Below are positions 1 through 8,033 of a stretch of 32,681 nucleotides of DNA, piece after piece (within the stretch, counting starts at the first letter, position 1; each line of letters begins with the position of its first letter). The stretch is from Elusimicrobiaceae bacterium (GTDB taxonomy: Bacteria > Elusimicrobiota > Elusimicrobia > Elusimicrobiales > Elusimicrobiaceae): assembly GCA_045612685.1 (NCBI GenBank), contig JAZKZM010000219.1:1-32681 (forward strand), read 5' to 3'. A program made the translations under genes and the position numbers. The notes beneath the pieces are model-generated. The model was not told the origin of the DNA, did no database searches, and saw nothing but the letters and a program-made list of their open reading frames with translations.

Positions 1-95
1 GGTATTTAGCGCACACGGCGAAAATTTGAAATTTCCCGAAAAAATCAAAACCTAGCCATAAAAAGCCCAAAAAATAATTATAAAATTAAATAAAG

Positions 96-183
96 GGCTA
101 ACAAGTTAAATAATTGGCTAACTCAAAAAAAACAAGTTAAAAAACAAGTTAATTTTAGCTAATTTTAGCTAATTTTAGCTAAT
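96..183 (+). repeat. Repeat cluster upstream of terS: GGCTAAC x2, ACAAGTTAA x3, tandem AATTTTAGCT x3 (three palindromic TTAGCTAA sites 10 bp apart)
   Basis: GGCTAAC at 96-102 and 116-122. ACAAGTTAA at 101-109, 132-140 and 144-152. Exact 10-bp tandem units at 151-160, 161-170 and 171-180. The cluster lies directly upstream of the packaging genes. Confidence 0.8.
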
Positions 184-215
184 ACGCATAAAACGAGAAA
201 AGATGCACGATAAAT

Positions 216-231
216 GCGCCATAACGCAACA
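216..231 (+). repeat. Triple-pentamer motif copy 1 (GCGCC ATAAC GCAAC A), abutting the terS SD
   Basis: Read directly; followed immediately by AAGGAGG (232-238) and ATG at 244. Confidence 0.9.
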
Positions 232-243
232 AAGGAGGCAACA

Positions 244-546
244 ATGGAGCGATTTGATGAATTAGCGGCCGTGCTAAAAGATGTTAAAGAGCCTAAACGC
301 AGCTTTTTGCTTTCGTTGCTGAAAGACTTTGTAAAGCTGGAGGCCGATTTGCTGGCGTTGAGCACGGCGCAAGAGTATATTATCAATCCAAACAACCCAA
401 CCGAGCAAGTAGTGCTCCCGATCCATAAAGTTATACACGATAAGCAAGCCCAAAAAAACGATATAGCAACCAAGATTTTGCGCAGCCTTGACAACGAAAC
501 AACGGAGGAAAGCCCGTTATTAAAGGCATTGGCACGCTTTGAATGA
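244..546 (+). CDS. terS: Terminase small subunit (short, P27-family-like)
   Basis: ATG at 244 is preceded by AAGGAGG at 232-238, so it is preferred over the track start at 214. The stop overlaps the terL start. The C-terminal part resembles P27-type small terminases. Confidence 0.55.
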   Translation: MERFDELAAVLKDVKEPKRSFLLSLLKDFVKLEADLLALSTAQEYIINPNNPTEQVVLPIHKVIHDKQAQKNDIATKILRSLDNETTEESPLLKALARFE

Positions 547-2254
547 GTTAGCAAAGCGCTCGTATCTTTGGCAGTATTACGAGGCGATAAAAAGCGGCTA
601 TATCGAAATAAAGGGCGAGCGCAAGCGGCTTATTGTTGGCGCTAAAATCAAGAAAGCCGTTAAAAAGCTGATTGGCTACTTTGACGATGAGCGCTTTATC
701 TTTGATCCAACCGAGTGCTACAGGCGTTTTGAATTTATGGAAACGCTGTGCTTGCAAGGGTATGCGCCGTTTTATAACAAGCCCGTTGAGCTTATGCTCT
801 GGCAAAAGGCTTTTTATGAGGCCATATACTCTTTTTACGAAAAGGCAACGGGCTTGCGGCTGATCCATAAGGCCGAGCTAGAGGTGGCACGAAAGAACGG
901 CAAAAGCACGATGATTGCGGCCGACCTTAACACCGATTTATTTATTGGCGAGGGCGGCGTAAATATAGCTTGCGTTAGTAATGATGATAGGCAAGCAAAA
1001 TTTATCTGGAGCGAGGTAGCGGGGATGCGTGCGAGGCTTGACACCCGCAACGAGATCACCAGCCACAACCTTACCGAGATAAAGAACGATAAGAAAAATA
1101 TTAAAATCTTTAGGCTTTCAAGCAAAACGCAAAATAAAGATGGCTTTAACCTAAAGAAAGTGGCGCACGATGAAAAGCACGATGCCAAAACGGGCGAAAT
1201 TGCCGAGGCTGCCGACCGAGCGCAAAGCACGCACGAGGAACGGCTAACGGTTGGCGTTTCCACCAACGGCTTTATTAACGATGGCTTTTACGATAAAGAG
1301 CTAGCATACGCAAACGCTTGGCTTAATGATGAAATAGATGATATACATTATATCGCTTTCCTCTTTGAGCAAGATGATGAGGCCGAATGCTGGGGCGATA
1401 TAGAGCTTTTGCAAAAGAGCAACCCAAGCTTAATATACAGCGTTAAAAAATATAGCTTTCTGGAGCAGAGCCGACAAAAGGCGCTGATTGACAAAGAAAG
1501 CCGTATGCACTTTTTAACCAAGGATTGCAATATTAAATGCAGCAATAGCAGCGCTTGGCTTACTCTTGACGAATACAGCTACACGCAAGAGCCGTTTACG
1601 CTTAATGACTTTAGAGGCCAAGTATGCCTCGGTGCTGTAGATTTAGCAGATTGCGGCGATTTAGCCGTAGCAGAGGCGCTCTTTATGCGGCGTGGCGATG
1701 ATGTAAAGTATATCGTGGCGCAATTCTTTATCCCCGAAAGCAAACTAAAGGATAAAGACAACGGCGCACGCTATGAGGAATGGGCGCACACCATAAACCC
1801 CGTAACGGGAATGCCTTATATTACAGTTTGCAAAGGCAATAAAATTGACCAAAAATATATAGCCGATTGGTATCAAGCTTTACGAGATCGCTACGAGATC
1901 GAGCCTATAATGATTGGCTACGATCCGTGGCACAGCGATATATTTTTATTGTGGTGCGATAAAAAAACGGGCTACGGCTTTAATACAATGAAAATCTACC
2001 AAAATAGCAAGCTTATGAGCTTTCCAATGAAAACGGTAGAGCGAGATTTGCACGCAAAGCTTATAAATTACGGCGAAAACCCCGTTATTAAATATTGCTT
2101 TGGCAATATGAGCGCTAAAATTGTTGGGGATTTGATAATGCCAGAAAAAATAGATGGCAATTACAGCCGCAAAATTGATGGCGTGGTAGCAATGATTATA
2201 TTATACGCAACATTAGAAAAGAATGAGCTAACATTTAACCAATATTTGCAGTAA
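539..2254 (+). CDS. terL: Terminase large subunit (Terminase_1-like)
   Basis: 571 aa with typical N-terminal ATPase and C-terminal nuclease layout, directly upstream of the portal gene. TTG start overlaps the terS stop, suggesting translational coupling. Confidence 0.9.
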   Translation: MNELAKRSYLWQYYEAIKSGYIEIKGERKRLIVGAKIKKAVKKLIGYFDDERFIFDPTECYRRFEFMETLCLQGYAPFYNKPVELMLWQKAFYEAIYSFYEKATGLRLIHKAELEVARKNGKSTMIAADLNTDLFIGEGGVNIACVSNDDRQAKFIWSEVAGMRARLDTRNEITSHNLTEIKNDKKNIKIFRLSSKTQNKDGFNLKKVAHDEKHDAKTGEIAEAADRAQSTHEERLTVGVSTNGFINDGFYDKELAYANAWLNDEIDDIHYIAFLFEQDDEAECWGDIELLQKSNPSLIYSVKKYSFLEQSRQKALIDKESRMHFLTKDCNIKCSNSSAWLTLDEYSYTQEPFTLNDFRGQVCLGAVDLADCGDLAVAEALFMRRGDDVKYIVAQFFIPESKLKDKDNGARYEEWAHTINPVTGMPYITVCKGNKIDQKYIADWYQALRDRYEIEPIMIGYDPWHSDIFLLWCDKKTGYGFNTMKIYQNSKLMSFPMKTVERDLHAKLINYGENPVIKYCFGNMSAKIVGDLIMPEKIDGNYSRKIDGVVAMIILYATLEKNELTFNQYLQ

Positions 2255-2266
2255 AGGAGCGTAGGA

Positions 2267-3484
2267 ATGGCAAATAAAAACGGATGGCTTGCCAATTTGT
2301 TTAAGCCGAGGGAAAAGATCAAAAGAGGCTTTAACGATTTTGTAAGTATGGTGGGCTATGAGCCTAAATTTTCTAGCTTTGGCCGCCAAGCGCTCTATAG
2401 CAGTTTGGTTTTGAGCGCTCTGCAATTAAAGCAAAGCTTTTTCGGCAAGCTAGAGCCTCGGCACATTAGGCACGAGGATGGTAAAACCGTAACCGTGACC
2501 GATAGCACGGTAGCAAAGGTATTGCGGCGGCCTAATCATTATCAAACTACTTACGATTTTTTAACGCAAGCCTATTTTATGCGGGAAAAGGATAAAACTT
2601 GCTATATCCTTGTAGACCGTTACAAAACCACGGGCGGCTATTGGTATAACGAAAACCTTTTTATATTGCTGCCGAGCGATGCGCCAGAATTGGCAGAGGA
2701 AAACGGCCAGCTTTATTGGATTTTCACTTTTAACGGCTGGAACGAGCCTGTAGTTTTTAACTATGATGATATTATAGTTTGGAAAAAAGATATTGAGGAT
2801 AACCAATATATCGGCGGTGGCAGATATAGCACGGCCGCAAGCGCTGATTTGCTCAATACTTTGCAAGCGCACCGAACAATTACCGAAAGCGTGGCCGAGG
2901 CCGCAAAGCTCGGTTGTATGTTTGATGGCTTATTGAAAGTAAACGCCTACGGCGGCGATAATGAAAAAACGCAACGCATTAGGGATCAATTTTTAGAGGA
3001 TATACGCAGCAACAAAGGCGGCTTGCCCGTGCTGGATAACGGCGCTGATTATATCCAAGTACAACGCCAGCTAAAAATTGTTGACAGCGCCACGCTTAAC
3101 GAAATTAAAACAAGCGTATTGATCACCACAGGCGTTAGCATTGAATTTTTAACGGGCAAATATACCACGGCCGAAAAAGAGGCATTTTACGAGAGCCATA
3201 TTGAGCCAGCGGCAATAAGCCTCGGCCAAGCGATGGCAAAAGTAATGTTAAGCAGAGCTAACGAGGAGATAGCGCTTTACCCGCATAAGGTGCAGCTTAT
3301 GGCTACCAGCGAAATTGTTAGCGTAATCCAAAGCACGATAGCGGCGGGCGTTTTCACGAAAGACGAATACCGAGAAATGCTAGGCTATGCGCCTTTGCCT
3401 AATGGCGAGGGGCAAACGATGCCGAGAGGCTTTAACAACCTTGACGGGGGCGAAACCGTTGATAATGGAGGTGTGACAGAATGA
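2267..3484 (+). CDS. Portal protein (HK97 family)
   Basis: 405 aa between terL and the prohead protease; SD AAAGGAG lies upstream. Confidence 0.9.
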   Translation: MANKNGWLANLFKPREKIKRGFNDFVSMVGYEPKFSSFGRQALYSSLVLSALQLKQSFFGKLEPRHIRHEDGKTVTVTDSTVAKVLRRPNHYQTTYDFLTQAYFMREKDKTCYILVDRYKTTGGYWYNENLFILLPSDAPELAEENGQLYWIFTFNGWNEPVVFNYDDIIVWKKDIEDNQYIGGGRYSTAASADLLNTLQAHRTITESVAEAAKLGCMFDGLLKVNAYGGDNEKTQRIRDQFLEDIRSNKGGLPVLDNGADYIQVQRQLKIVDSATLNEIKTSVLITTGVSIEFLTGKYTTAEKEAFYESHIEPAAISLGQAMAKVMLSRANEEIALYPHKVQLMATSEIVSVIQSTIAAGVFTKDEYREMLGYAPLPNGEGQTMPRGFNNLDGGETVDNGGVTE

Positions 3485-4110
3485 AAGAAAAATTGCCAAA
3501 AGAGTTGCGGCTTGCAACGGAAAATTTGAGCGTGCGGGCTGACGATGGCGAGCAAAGCAAAATGATCGTGGAGGGCTACCCGATCGTATTTGATAAAGAA
3601 ACCTATATTGATTGTTTCTTTGATGGATGGTACGAGCAAGTAGACCGCAACGCCTTTGCTAATGCTGATATGAGCGATGTAGCGCTAAAGTATAACCACA
3701 ATGACAATATTTTTATTTTAGCTCGCACCCGTAACGGATCGCTCACGCTTACCGTTGACGATCACGGCGTATTTATGCACGCCGAGCTTATCGATACCAC
3801 AACCAATAGAGATGTATACGAAATGGTTAAAAGCGGCTTGCTCACCGAGGGCAGCTTTGCATTTACCGTTACCGATGATAGGCAGGAAATTAAAGATGGC
3901 CAAGTGCACCGTACTATTACAGGCATTGGCAAGCTATTTGATGTGGCTATATGCCCTAACGGGGCTTATGGTGATTTAACCGAGATTTACGCCCGATCTC
4001 TTGATTTGCTGGAGAGCAAAAAGCAAGGCAAAGTGGAGGCTTTGAAACGGTGCGCAATTATTAGGTTAAAGAATAAAAACAAAATTAAATTGATGAGGTG
4101 CAAAAAATGA
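3481..4110 (+). CDS. Prohead maturation protease (HK97/S78 family)
   Basis: 209 aa between portal and capsid; ATGA overlap with the portal stop. Confidence 0.85.
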   Translation: MKEKLPKELRLATENLSVRADDGEQSKMIVEGYPIVFDKETYIDCFFDGWYEQVDRNAFANADMSDVALKYNHNDNIFILARTRNGSLTLTVDDHGVFMHAELIDTTTNRDVYEMVKSGLLTEGSFAFTVTDDRQEIKDGQVHRTITGIGKLFDVAICPNGAYGDLTEIYARSLDLLESKKQGKVEALKRCAIIRLKNKNKIKLMRCKK

Positions 4111-5309
4111 GTATCAAGGAATTTTTGACCGCACAGGCGCAAAAGCGCTCTACTGATCTTGAAGAACTTGCAGCGAGAGTAGCGGCGCTGGAGAAGATCA
4201 ACAATGAGAGCGAGGATGAGGCCGAGCTTAAGGCGGCCAGCGATGAGCTTGACGAGCTGAACGCAAAAAAGGCAGAGCTTGAAAAGGAGCTTGCCGATAT
4301 TAACGCCCAGATTGCCGAGCTTGACAAGCCCGCCGAGGGCGAGGAAAACCCCCAGAGATCTAAATTAAACTTTATGAACAAAGAAAGTAGAGGTAAAAAT
4401 ACTATGACTATTGAAGAAAGAACGGCAGCAGCCGAAAAGTTTGTTGAAACCCGCAAGACCTCCGTTAGCACCGAGGAAACCAGAGCCGTGCTTGTATCTA
4501 GCGGCACTATCGCAACGCCTACGGCCGTTGATGGTATCACCGATAACGGCTTTGCAAAGGTATCCTCCATTGTTGACCTTGTAAGAGTTGTTAACTGTGC
4601 TGGTATGGGCGCTAATAAGATTGCATACCAGAAAACCGATGCTGTGGCGGCTGGGCAGACCGAGGGCGGCGCTATTGCGGCCAGCGATCCTACCTTTGGC
4701 TTTGTGACTATCACGCCCGAAAGCGTGGCCGTGCTTTCTAGCATTTCCAAGCAAGCCAAGAAGCAAACGCCTCTCCAGTATGAGGCCAAGGTAAAGGAGA
4801 GCGCTATGGTTGCGTTGCGCTCCAAGGTTGCGGCTATCATCACCGAAAAGGTGCTTGCCTCTACTCTGCTCGGCACGCAGACCGTTGCGGCGCTGGATCA
4901 TACCGCATTGCGCAAGATCGCCCTTGGTTACGGCGGCGATGAGGGCGTAAACGGCGAGGCTTACTTGTTCTTGAACAAGGCCGACCTTGTGGCGCTTGGC
5001 GATGCCAGAGGCACTAACGAGAAAAAGGCCGTTTTTGAGATCATCCCCGATACCGCCAACCCCAACACGGGCGTTATTAAGGATGGTGGCTTGACCGTGC
5101 GCTATTGCCTTAACAAGCACCTTACTGCTGGTACGCTGCTTTACGGCCAGCCCAAGAACATTGAGCTTGATTTGTTCTCTAACTACGAAATCGCAGTTAG
5201 CGAGGACTTTTACTTTGATAAGCTGATGGATGCCATCCGTGGCGATGTCGAGCTTGGCGCTGATGTGATTGCCCTTGGCGGTATGGTTAAGGTTACCGTT
5301 GGCGCATAA
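4107..5309 (+). CDS. Major capsid protein (HK97 fold) with coiled-coil delta/scaffold-like N-terminus
   Basis: The N-terminal Glu/Lys/Ala-rich coiled coil followed by an HK97-like body is typical. ATG at 4107 (SD GAGGTG at 4094-4099, ATGA overlap with the protease stop) is preferred over 4098. Confidence 0.9.
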   Translation: MSIKEFLTAQAQKRSTDLEELAARVAALEKINNESEDEAELKAASDELDELNAKKAELEKELADINAQIAELDKPAEGEENPQRSKLNFMNKESRGKNTMTIEERTAAAEKFVETRKTSVSTEETRAVLVSSGTIATPTAVDGITDNGFAKVSSIVDLVRVVNCAGMGANKIAYQKTDAVAAGQTEGGAIAASDPTFGFVTITPESVAVLSSISKQAKKQTPLQYEAKVKESAMVALRSKVAAIITEKVLASTLLGTQTVAALDHTALRKIALGYGGDEGVNGEAYLFLNKADLVALGDARGTNEKKAVFEIIPDTANPNTGVIKDGGLTVRYCLNKHLTAGTLLYGQPKNIELDLFSNYEIAVSEDFYFDKLMDAIRGDVELGADVIALGGMVKVTVGA

Positions 5310-5323
5310 TTAACTTTAAAAAA

Positions 5324-5363
5324 AGCGTGAGGGGTTTTGGTTGCCTCCTTTTCCTCCCACGCT
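5324..5363 (+). other. GC-rich hairpin after the capsid gene (no U tract)
   Basis: AGCGTGAGGGG (5324-5334) pairs with CCTCCCACGCT (5353-5363), with one mismatch and one GU pair. It could be an attenuator or an mRNA-stabilising element. Confidence 0.4.
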
Positions 5364-5385
5364 CCGACCTATGGAGGGTGATTAA

Positions 5386-5643
5386 ATGGCAAACGAAATT
5401 ATAGCAAATATGGCGAATTTGGCCGATAGCGGCCAAGATAGTTTTGTAGAAAACTACACCGAGCTTGCAAAGCTAACGCTTTACGAGCAAGGCGTAAGCC
5501 ATAGCTTTATAAATTCTGCCGAGGCTGCCTATGTTCTTGCCAAGATCGTTACCGATCTTGTAGAGGATGGCGCTTTGAGCAAATTTACTAACGATATGAT
5601 TGCGACCTTGCGCATTAACCACCCCCATAGCGAGGATAAATAA
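5386..5643 (+). CDS. Head-tail connector (gp6-like), by position
   Basis: 85 aa, first gene after the capsid gene in HK97-like order. Confidence 0.5.
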   Translation: MANEIIANMANLADSGQDSFVENYTELAKLTLYEQGVSHSFINSAEAAYVLAKIVTDLVEDGALSKFTNDMIATLRINHPHSEDK

Positions 5644-5655
5644 GGGGGTGTAGTG

Positions 5656-5994
5656 ATGTATAAACCCGCAAATATAAGGGAATTTGTAACGCCAGCGATC
5701 CACAAGAAAGCAACCAGCAAAACGGTGAACGGGCGAACGAAAAAAACGCTTGTAACGGTTGGCACGGTGCGTGGCAAATTCAAGCAAAAAGGCACGGCCG
5801 AAACAAACGCCAACGGCTTAACCGTTATAAACGAAAAAACAACATTTATAACTTGGTACAAGCCAGATTTTGCGGCGGCCGATGTTCTTACAATCGGCGG
5901 CGTAGATTTTGAGATTAAAGGCACGCCCGAAAATGTAGAGATGCGCAGCCGATATATCATTATCACGCTGGAGAGAATTGGAGGCGGGGCGTAA
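5656..5994 (+). CDS. Head closure / head-tail adaptor protein
   Basis: About 112 aa. Sequence pattern and position are typical of the Phage_H_T_join family. ATG at 5656 follows SD AAGGGGGTG. Confidence 0.6.
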   Translation: MYKPANIREFVTPAIHKKATSKTVNGRTKKTLVTVGTVRGKFKQKGTAETNANGLTVINEKTTFITWYKPDFAAADVLTIGGVDFEIKGTPENVEMRSRYIIITLERIGGGA

Positions 5995-6485
5995 TGGCAC
6001 TTAATAGCGGCTTTGGCATTGACTTTAAGGGATTTTTAGACCTTGCCGAAACCCTTGATGAAATGTACGGAACAGAGCACCTAATTTGGGCGGCCTCTAT
6101 TGCTCTGGAAAGAACAGCAGAATATGTTAACGGCGAAATTGCGAAAATAATTTATGTCGGCGGCGCAAGCAATTGGCACTTTTTTAAGGGTGATGCTTAT
6201 TCCCAAGGAAAAGCGCAAGAAAGCTTTGCCGAGGTATCTAATATGGCGGTGGAAACAAGAGGCACGGAGGTTACGGCTTACGCTGGCTTTGACCTTGAAA
6301 AAGCGCCAGAGGTTGCGTTGATTATATACGGCACACCTAACAAGGCAGCCGATAAAAAGCTATACAACGCAGTAAAAGTTAAAGGCAGAATTAAAACGCA
6401 AGTTGCCAGAATACAGGCCGCCACCTTTGCAAAAGCTCTGGATGATACATTGGCACGGGAAGAATGGAGGAAGCTACACCGATGA
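5994..6485 (+). CDS. HK97 gp10-like tail-completion/neck protein
   Basis: 163 aa; assigned by position and N-terminal pattern. Confidence 0.5.
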   Translation: MALNSGFGIDFKGFLDLAETLDEMYGTEHLIWAASIALERTAEYVNGEIAKIIYVGGASNWHFFKGDAYSQGKAQESFAEVSNMAVETRGTEVTAYAGFDLEKAPEVALIIYGTPNKAADKKLYNAVKVKGRIKTQVARIQAATFAKALDDTLAREEWRKLHR

Positions 6486-6838
6486 TTATTAGACTTGATA
6501 AAGACTTAACTTTGCTCAATTCTAACGGCGAGCTTATCCCCGTTTATATCGAGGGCGATGCGCCCGAAGATTTGCCGCCCGAATTTTTCACCGTTAGCGA
6601 GGATGCAACCAGCAACGCCGTGAGCGCCGATAACAAGGCACAGGCGCATTTATATGAGTTTACCTTGAAATGGTACACGCAAGACGAAACTAGGCTTTAT
6701 ACGGGGCTATGGGAGGCCATAGCTCTGCTAAAAACAAAATGCTACGATATTGAGGGCGTAGGCTACCATAACGGATCTTATCAAGGGTGGTATAGCCGAG
6801 CCGTAGATGTTGAAAAAATTGATTATTTGGAGGATTAA
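6482..6838 (+). CDS. Tail terminator-like protein (by position)
   Basis: ATGA overlap with the upstream stop; last gene before the major tail protein. Confidence 0.4.
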   Translation: MIIRLDKDLTLLNSNGELIPVYIEGDAPEDLPPEFFTVSEDATSNAVSADNKAQAHLYEFTLKWYTQDETRLYTGLWEAIALLKTKCYDIEGVGYHNGSYQGWYSRAVDVEKIDYLED

Positions 6839-6841
6839 AAA

Positions 6842-7453
6842 ATGCGACAATTTAGAGGCTGTAGCCGTTTGGTTTATGCTCCTTACACCTTTGCCGATGG
6901 CAAGGTAACTTTCGGCGCAGTAAAAACGCTGGCCGAGGTAAAGAGCGTTAGCCGTGAGATCAGCGCAGAAAACGAGGAGGTATGGGCAGACAATAAGCTG
7001 CAAGATACCACCTACGGCGGCACTAGCGTTACCCGCACTTTTGGCTGTATGCGACTTGATCCCGCAGTAGATGCCGAATTGCTCGGCAAGAGCGTTGTTG
7101 AGGTTGGCACTAACAAGCTTTACGGAACTGCGCCCGATGGATCTACCCGCCCTTACTTTGCCATTGGCTATGCGTTGCACGATGGCGATGCAAGCCGCCC
7201 GTGCGAGATCGTATGGGCTTACAAGGGCATTGTAAATTCTATCACGCAGACCGCCAACACCATTGACCGAGGCACGGGCAGCGAGGGGCAAGAGGTAAGT
7301 ATCACCTTTGCCGCACCCGATGTGGCTTGGACAAAGACGGGCAAAACAGAGCTTGATATGGCTATGCCCGTTACCGAGGCAAACAAGGCGCTTGTGGAAA
7401 AGTGGTTTGCCAAGGTTGTTACGCCCGACACGGCAGAAACCGACCTTGCATAA
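6842..7453 (+). CDS. Major tail protein (phi13-family-like)
   Basis: 203 aa; N-terminal pattern and location upstream of the chaperone/tape-measure genes. Confidence 0.8.
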   Translation: MRQFRGCSRLVYAPYTFADGKVTFGAVKTLAEVKSVSREISAENEEVWADNKLQDTTYGGTSVTRTFGCMRLDPAVDAELLGKSVVEVGTNKLYGTAPDGSTRPYFAIGYALHDGDASRPCEIVWAYKGIVNSITQTANTIDRGTGSEGQEVSITFAAPDVAWTKTGKTELDMAMPVTEANKALVEKWFAKVVTPDTAETDLA

Positions 7454-7480
7454 AGCGTTTCAAAAAAGGAGGCAAACTAA

Positions 7481-7774
7481 ATGAACGCAGTATTAAATAT
7501 TTACGCTGATTGCTCTAGCGAAAAACCTACAAAGCAATATATTTGCCGTAGGCTTTTGCTTGGCGTTAGTAAAAAGGTGCAAGCATTGAGCGAAAATATG
7601 GAGGGCAAAAACGAAAGAGAGCAAGAGGCTATAACGCTTGATATTCTCAAAACGATTTTCCCGACTTTCGCAGATGAGGACTTTAACTATATCGATCCTA
7701 CCGAATGGCTTGCATTTGTTTCGCAGATTGCACAGGAAACTAACGAAATTGTAACAAACGCAGCAAAAAAATAG
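7481..7774 (+). CDS. Tail assembly chaperone (gpG analogue)
   Basis: 97 aa, acidic, immediately upstream of the tape measure gene; ends in GCA AAA AAA TAG. Confidence 0.8.
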   Translation: MNAVLNIYADCSSEKPTKQYICRRLLLGVSKKVQALSENMEGKNEREQEAITLDILKTIFPTFADEDFNYIDPTEWLAFVSQIAQETNEIVTNAAKK

Positions 7775-8019
7775 AGGCGGGGGGAGGTAGCACAAACGGC
7801 GCTCCTCCCGTTTTCAAAAGCATAGAAGAAAGTTTTTTTGATTTAATCGATTGCCTTTGCGGGCGGTTTAACGGGCTTTCGCCGTTTGAAATCCTTAACC
7901 GACCAACAAGAGAGGTTTACGATTTATACGCTGATTGCGTGGTACACGATCTCAAGGCAAAGCAAGGCAACAATAAGCAAGATGTTTGGGTAACAAGCGC
8001 AAACGCTACTTGGCATTAA
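7481..8019 (+). CDS. Tail assembly chaperone frameshift product (gpGT analogue), -1 slip at A_AAA_AAA 7765-7771
   Basis: The -1 frame is open from the slippery heptamer to TAA at 8017-8019. It encodes about 82 further aa and fills the otherwise ORF-less gap before the tape measure gene. Confidence 0.7.
7782..7809 (+). promoter_or_regulatory. Stem-loop 10 nt downstream of the slippery site (putative frameshift stimulator)
   Basis: GGGAGG (7782-7787) pairs with CCTCCC (7804-7809), extended by AGC/GCT with one bulged nucleotide. Confidence 0.5.
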
Positions 8020-8033
8020 CGGAGGTGGTATAA

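Noticed and set aside
151-183. Possible CRISPR array, suggested by the tandem 10-bp repeats
   Set aside because: The units are contiguous with no spacers and are far shorter than CRISPR repeats. No cas genes are present.
165-554. 129-aa minus-strand ORF spanning the terS region and the tandem repeats
   Set aside because: It overlaps the better-supported terS gene on the + strand and would translate the AATTTTAGCT repeats. It has no SD and an odd composition.
4085-5120. Long minus-strand ORFs (4085-4876, 4365-5120) antisense to the capsid gene
   Set aside because: They are low-complexity Ala/Ser-rich shadow translations of a well-supported + strand gene and have no SD. The same reasoning applies to 835-1266, 6728-7291, 12083-12763, 18194-18643, 28805-29161 and 30857-31351.
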